Origin: Octopus sinensis
Taxonomy: Eukaryota
DNA length: 64,000 bases
Assembly: GCF_006345805.1 (NCBI RefSeq)
Contig: NW_021837037.1
Coordinates: forward strand, 2,608 to 66,607
Reading direction: 5' to 3'
Shown here: piece after piece, positions 56,203 to 64,000 of the stretch
Numbering within the stretch: the first letter of the stretch is position 1
How the letters are laid out: each line of letters begins with the position of its first letter
The notes under the pieces: model-generated
What the model saw: only the letters and a program-made list of their open reading frames with translations
What the model was told of the DNA's origin: nothing
The model's database searches: none
Program-made: the position numbers and the translations under genes

Positions 56203-56854
56203 GAGGGGGGGATGTATGTGTGTGGGTGTACGTGTGTGGGTGTGTGTATATGAGCTTAGAGCGGATATGCAATCGAGTATTATTAATATTTTATATATAT
56301 ATATATATATTATATATATATATAAAGTACATTACAAATCCTCTTGGATCTTCCTTGATAGACCGTTTTGAAAGTTACTCAGCCAAACTGACGCATAATG
56401 GGAAAATACAATGAATTAAATTTTTGCTTCCCTCACTTTTTGTTTACTAAAATTCACTCAAAAGTACTCGGACGACGCGAGTCTGACACAGAGGACATTA
56501 GCGCCATATGCAATGATGTAGGAATGAACCCGGAAACATTGGATTGGGTCGTAAACTCTTTATCACTAACAAAACCTTAGGTACACACAAAAAAGAAACA
56601 GGCACAGACAACCATACACATATGTGCAATTGTATGCGTACGTGTTGATTGGCAACATTAAGTGTTGGCAATATAAACTGCCATATTGAATATAATATAT
56701 TACCATGCAATAAACAAGAGAATATAAATCTAGTTTCCAATTTATACTTAAGCAAAAACACCTGTTTCAGCGCTTTTAACTCTTCAGACAAAGCTGTACG
56801 TAGCAGAAACGTCAACAGCAAATATAGAGAGCTGGAAACAGAATCTTAACTACA

Positions 56855-57135
56855 ATGAAAATTATTATATGTCTACTGTTCCTTCTTTTTGGTAAGACGT
56901 TCTTTCAAAAAGCAGTACTCAAAAAGCAACGGGTGACACACACCCGGAACAAACGGACGCTAAGAAATGCATGAATGTATATATGTGGATATGTAACTAT
57001 TTATCTGTCTGTATGTATGTCTCTCTATCTATCTGTCTATTTGTATAATATATATGTAAGCATGTATATGTATGAATGAAAGGATAAATATATAATATTG
57101 TTTATTATACATATATGTATGTGCGTGTGTGTATA

Positions 57136-57185
<50 letters not shown>

Positions 57186-58716
57186 GTATATATATATATT
57201 ATATATGTATATATAATATATATTATATATATAATGTATATATATATATATGTGTGTATATATATATATGTATATATATATGTATATTATATATATATAT
57301 ATATATGCAAAAAGCAATAAAGATTCAAGTTAATTTAAATGAATTACTTGAATATGGTACCTAACTTAGATGCACCAAAAAAAACTATACTGTTTTAACA
57401 ATACAGTAATGTAGGGTGATTATAAGCGAGAAAGAAGCAACAAGAATGGATAGGTTTTTAGTACAATCGTTTCATACAATGACAGGCTTTATTAAAAGTT
57501 GTAAAAATTACAGCATATAAACGTGTCCCGTACTCATCAGCTAAAATACATGTGAGTTCTCTAGACATCCTAGTGGTTGAGGCTATACTCATGAAGTAAT
57601 GTAGATAATTAAGTAACATAAACAGATTTCCAAAGTTCATTAAAGTTCTTTAAAGATGATGTACAGTCTTATCACAGAATTTTTAAAAAGTTCTAATAGC
57701 ATCACAGAGAAGGTGACCTAATCCATAGAGCACATATGAATTTCCAGAGATATGATGAGGGATTACATACTCACAGAAGACAAATTTATCCATTGTTAAT
57801 CACAACGAGGTGGGTCTCAAATCCTGCTTATTAGCATTACAGAGAGGGTGAATTAATCCTTTGTATAGATGCACAATTTCCAATGGTGTAGATGTAAGTT
57901 TCCAGAGAAACGAAGAGGAATTTCATATTCACAGGCGATAAATTTATCAATGGTTGAACACAATGAGGTAGGTATCAGTTCTTGTTATATGATTAGGTAT
58001 TTGCCACATTAATCACATTACTGCTATTTACAAGAGGCTGTAGCTATTTAACTTTTAAAGGCTGAAGGGCTTTCTAGAGAGGCAAAGAATAGAAAGAGAA
58101 GGGAATAGGAGAAAAGAGAGAAAATAAGGGAGGAGGGAGCAAAAAAAGGGGGGGGGGAAGGGGACTAAAAGAGAAGAGAAAAGGAAAAAGAGAATAAGAA
58201 GAAGAAACAGAAAAAAGAGAAAAGAGAAAGAAATAGGGAAAGAAGGGAAAAAATAAAAATAAAAAAGGGGGTTCTAGTTATACAGACGAATTAGTAGACG
58301 GCAAGTCTGGTTTTAATTTACAGGCATCTAGGAACTAGAGGAGAATATTATTCTTTGGCCAGTAAAACAGCTAATTTATTGCTGTTGAAATCAGCTATGA
58401 ATTTAAAGAGAATCTAAAGAGATAACACAGTCAGGGGTTTAGGGGTCAGATGCTAAAATCAAAAGAAAATACATTAGGAAAACCTTATATAATGTTACTT
58501 AATTATCTACATTACTTCATGATTATAGCCTCAACCACTAGGATGTCTAGAGAACTCACATGTATTTTAGGTGATGAGTACGGGACACGTCTATATGCTG
58601 TAATTTTTACAACTTTTAATAAAGCCTGTCCTTGTATGAAACGATTGTACTAAAAACCTATCCATTCTTGTTGCTTCTTTCTCGCGTATATATATATATG
58701 TATATATACATATATA

Positions 58717-58762
<46 letters not shown>

Positions 58763-58764
58763 AA

Positions 58765-58849
<85 letters not shown>

Positions 58850-61800
58850 TGTTTAAATATTTGTTGTGCAAGATTTTTTTATGTGAAGTCGTATGTTGAA
58901 ACAGATATTGTTATATTTCGGAATGGTCATATTGTCAGTTTAGCCAATAAAAACACACGCACTTTATATTTGGTGTTATTTTGCTTCAGTGTTATTTATT
59001 TTTTACACTAATATTAATCTTATTTCGGCCAGAGTTCTTTCGTCACACTCTTGTGACCGCATCAGTCGTCTTTTGATTTCTTCTTTCTTATTTGTGTCTC
59101 TCCTTACAAACAGTCAGCCATTTTGTATTTCTATTGTATGTCTTCATTTGCGCATGCTTATATCTCTTTGTGCTTCTATGTTTAATAGCGTGTGTATGTG
59201 GGGGGAGGCCTGTAATATTTGTATCTTCCGTTTATATATACTTTACGTACTTTACTTATGAACATGTTTCAGTCATTTGACTGCGGCCATGCTGGAGCAC
59301 CGCCTTTAGTCAAGCAAATCGACCCCAGAACTTATTCCTTGCAAGCCCAGCACTTATTGTATCGGTCTCTTTTGCCGAACCGCTAGCTGACGGGGACGCA
59401 AACACACCAGCATCGGTTGTCAAGCAATGCTAGGGGGACAAAAAAGACCCACAAACCCCCACACACACATACATATATATATATATACGACAGGCTTCTT
59501 TCTGTTTCCGCCTACAAAATCACACACAAGGCATTGGTTGGCCCGGGGCTATAGCAGAAGACACTTGCCCAAGATGCCACGCAGTGGGACTGAACCCAGA
59601 ACCATGTGGTTGGTTAGCAAGCTACTTCCCACACAGCCACTCATGCGCGTATGTTCATGTAATTTGTATTTACATGTTTTTACATCCACTTATTATTATC
59701 ATTACATATGCTTGTATGTATGTATGTATGTATGTATATATGCTTGTATGTATGTATGTATGTATGTAGTATGTATGTATGTATGTATGTATGTATGTAT
59801 AACAACAATACTAGTAATAATAATAATAAATACTACTTCTTCTCAAAGATCATACTCACTATAATCCGGATGTCTCCAAATGTTTGTGACAGCACAGGGG
59901 ATCTCAGCAGGATCAATGACTGTAACAACACTTGTGACCTGACAGGATGTATGGTGGGTAGCATGGATGTGGTATCCCTATACCCATTGATCGACGTAGA
60001 TTTTGCGGTGGAGAAGTGCGTGGAGATGATTAATGAGAGCCAGTTGCATTTCCGTAACGTCAACACAGAAGAACTGGGCCTCCTACTTAGACTGACATGT
60101 AATAATGAATACTTAGATAAACATAATCTTAGTAGTTTCTGACCCAGTAGATGTTTAAGAGGTAGACCGCCCACAATTACTTCTATGGCTAGGAAAACAC
60201 ATATAGAAAGATGGCGCGGATGGACCAGAGCCATACGGAGCCCCGCAAATGTCCATCAAGTAAAGAAAATGATCGCATATTCACTAGGAGCTAGTATAAG
60301 AGTTACCCTAAAAGGCCACACGTTTAAGTTTAATAATAAAATATATGCCCAGGACGAGGGGACAGCCATCGGCGTTAGTATCGCTGGTGATGTGGCCAAC
60401 CTTTTCATGGTATGGTGGGACAGAAGGCTTAAAGAACGCCTAACACAGAAATCAATCCTCGTAAACATGTACTCTCGCTATGTTGATGATATCAACATAG
60501 TGGTAAAGTGCACCCCCACAAGAGAGTACTGTTGATATAGTACTATAAACTAATACTATGGAGAGCATCCAGAAAATAGCTAACTCCATCCACTAGAGTA
60601 TTATGGTCACAATAGTCTACCCCACTAAACACCCCAACCATCGACTACAATTACTAGCCACTGAACTCTGGCTAGAAATTGTGAATAATGAAACCCAAAT
60701 CCTTCATGCATCCTATGCCATATATATGGCCTCAAAATACTTGATCCACCGGAACCAGCAATTGCGGACAATGCAAAATTCAATATTTTGATGGCAGACC
60801 TCGTCAGAATAATGAGAGATGTGTCACGCATGTGCGAGCCCACAGAGTTAAAGAGACACATACAATATTTCATTCACCGCATGCAGCTCTCAGGTTACAG
60901 CCATAAAGAAAGGATCAGAGTATACAAAGGAGCTATGAAGAAACTTGATAATATATTATGTAATGATAGGAATGGGATTTACCCACTCTATAGGAACAAG
61001 TCATGGAACACTATAGTAAGGATAAAAAAGAAAAATAGGGAAGGCCAATTCTTGGTATGATAGCCATAAATACCAGAGTGTCAATGTTCGTTGACACCAC
61101 CCCTGGAGGTGAACAGGCGTACTGCTTTAGAAGGACCATAGACAAACTTAAGCTAAGAATTAAGGTTGTTGAAAAGCCAGGCAACTCTATCAAATCTATA
61201 ATTGGTAGAACCTATCCTTTAAGTAGAACCCACTGTACGGATAAGTACTGTACTGTATGTAGATTTATCCCACAAACAAACTGTAAAGCCAGAAATGTAG
61301 TCTATAGTATAAGATGTATAGAGGGACGATGCAGTTACAAGACAACCACATACGTAGGGGAAACGGCAAGAAGCATAAGAGAGCGGGTAAATGTTCATTG
61401 GAGACAATTCAAGGAAGGTAAAAGCTCATCGATTCTCTGCCAACACGCCGACCAGGAACACGGGGGATCAATCAATAACATAGAAATTAAAATATTATCC
61501 ACACATAGAACAGATGCAACAATTAGACAAATTACACAAGCTACACACATAATAGAAAATAAACCTAGCCTGAATAGAAAACTAGAATGGAGCAATAGCA
61601 CACACCACAACATATGACGATAGAGGATCCTGAAAACATAATAAATACACAAATAAATATAAAAAATAGAAATAAATAACCATATATATATTTTTTTTCG
61701 ATTCGATTTATTATTTTTATTACAAGTACCGTTGTTATACATACATACATACATACATACATGAATACATACAAGCATATGTAATGATAATAATAAGTGG

Positions 61801-62207
61801 ATGTAAACACATGAACAAAATAAGAATAAACAAAAACAAAAAAAAAAAATACAAATTACATCAACATATATAACCAGAAGATACAAATATTACAGGCATC
61901 ACCCCACATACACAAACTAAATAAACATAGACGCACATAGAGATATAAGCGTGCGCAAATGAAGACATACAATAGAAATACAAAATGACTGATGGTTAGT
62001 AAGGGGAGATACAAATAAGAGAGAAGAAAACAAAGGACCACTGATGCAGTCACAGGAGTGTGACGAAAGAACTCTAGCCGAAATAAGATTGAGATTAGTG
62101 TAAAAAATAAATAACACTGAAGCAAAGTAACACCATATTTATAGTGCGTGTGTTTTTATTGGCTAAACTGGCAAAATGACCATTCCGAAATATAACAATA
62201 TATAACA

Positions 62208-62291
<84 letters not shown>

Positions 62292-62403
62292 ATACATATA
62301 TATATATATTGATGCATACATACCATACATAGATATAGATATATATATATATATTATATATATATATATGTATGTTTGTTTATTTGTATATTTGTATGTA
62401 TGC

Positions 62404-62443
<40 letters not shown>

Positions 62444-63313
62444 ATGTGTGTGTGTGTTTATATATACGTACATGCCAATACATATGTATTTGAGTATGTA
62501 TATGAGTCGTGTGCGTGTGTGCGTGTGTTTGTTTGTGTGTATGTATATATAGGTTCAGATTATTCAAATCAAATATTTTAAATTTTTGTAAGTCTGATTA
62601 TTTTGAATTATTTCGATTACGTATCAGAACTGCTTCAATTTGTTCATTATCGGGTCATCATTCTTAAAATCATTATCGTTTTCAATCAAATTCCTCTGCA
62701 TTATGAAATTTGATGAATAAGGTCTCGTTTATTAACATTCGTGCTTATGCTTACACGCCGGTTAAATGCAACATGCCTTAGAGAACAATATTTTCGGAGG
62801 GAAATACCTAAAATACTCAATGGTTATATACTCAGACAACGTTAAATACTCACATTCCGCCTAAACTAGCAAAGAAAGTTTGGCAACTTATCTTAATGTA
62901 AAAGATGCAACAACAATTTAGTAAAGAACGATCATAAAAATAATGATCCCATCTATTCTAGAATGACTATAAGATGTTGTGGACATTTTGAAATAATCTT
63001 TCCTTTAAGGAAGTAAAATGGCAGCATAAGATTCACAAGTATACGCACCATCATAATCCTAAATATTGCAGTAATCGTCTACTTATAGATTCAATCAAAT
63101 AATATATACTCTGATCGAAAAGAAACGTTTCGTTATATATTGACTTAATCCAGTAACTCCCATGGGAGTATTGAATGAATTGAGTAAAGAAAATTTACTT
63201 GTTAAAATTCTAGGTGATGCGAAATCCCAATTCTGTGAAAAGGCAGCCGAGAAACATTGCAAATATGCTCTGATTCGTTATCCTGTAAAGGAGCCAGATG
63301 AGAAGTACTGCAG
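56855..63313 (+). CDS. Second copy of paralogue B, exons 1-2 only (56855-56891, 63214-63313); exons 3-4 would lie beyond the window
   Basis: Exons identical to 22559-22595 and 28920-29019. Confidence 0.82.
58886..62204 (+). mobile_element. Second copy of the inverted-pLTR Penelope-like element
   Basis: Duplicate of 24590-27910; one extra A restores the frame through YVDD (ORF 60185-60535). Confidence 0.87.
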
Positions 63314-64000
63314 GTATATATTCAGCTTTTACAAAAATCCTTCATAAAACCACCAATAAACTTTGCAAAGTTGCTTCACAAAATCAATTGTTCGTAGGGT
63401 TTTACACAGAGGAGCAAATTATGTTTCGATTATTTGTAAATCTCACAACGAGAGATATTGAGCAACAGTACTTTGGAATAAGGATATAACTTGACTGTCC
63501 TTTTTTAGGACGAATGTTGCTGTAATTAAGCCTCAGGAGGCATCGGCTCCAGTTGGCTATACGACGCGATCTGCGTCCTTGTATTTTCTAAGGGATTCGT
63601 GATACACAGATATTGTTTTTTGAGCTGAGTTTGGATGCCAGTTTCGCTTGTTCCAAAATGTAAGGAAACAGATCGTGTCGTATAGCTAGAGGGAGATGAT
63701 GGCACCTGGGGTTCAATTACAACAACATTCGTCATAAACCAGGACTGCCATGTTATGTTGGCAAACAATCTTTACTCCTATGTTATGATTGATTTGAAAT
63801 GTAATCCACAAAATGCATCCCGTTTCCGGTTCTGGAAATTTTCCATCAATCTAGCAACGCCTCAAACAAAATATTATTGCATTTGTTGATAGATCGAAAA
63901 TGAAAGAAAAAATTACTTGTTCCATTGGTTCAAAACCCATTTTCCCATTGCGGTTTCAACACTATTTATCCATTGATGCTATACAATTAATTTCTATCAT

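Overview
AT-rich eukaryotic (animal) DNA full of (TA)n microsatellites. The SINE and Penelope repeat content looks like an octopus/cephalopod genome (inference from repeat families). The whole window lies inside a near-identical head-to-tail tandem duplication with a period of ~34.29 kb (1-29,706 recurs at 34,289-64,000). Each unit carries two diverged paralogues (here A and B) of a 4-exon, + strand gene that the ORF track misses because its exons are only 37/100/89/86 nt. Both encode 103-aa proteins with a signal peptide, a 6-cysteine core (C-x7-C-x16-C-x8-C-x7-C-x11-C) and a GPI-anchor-like hydrophobic C-terminus. A and B are ~47% identical with no indels, and their codon pattern suggests diversifying selection. 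Order in the window: B(exon 4 only)-A-B-A'-B'(exons 1-2). This unrecognised surface-protein array is the main finding. The rest is transposon debris: a near-intact Penelope-like element (PLE) with hammerhead ribozymes in its pLTRs, a second PLE with inverted pLTRs, many PLE remnants including fold-back palindromes centred on hammerhead cores, a CR1/L2-type LINE fragment, Tc1 and mariner relics, a MITE and tRNA-derived SINEs.
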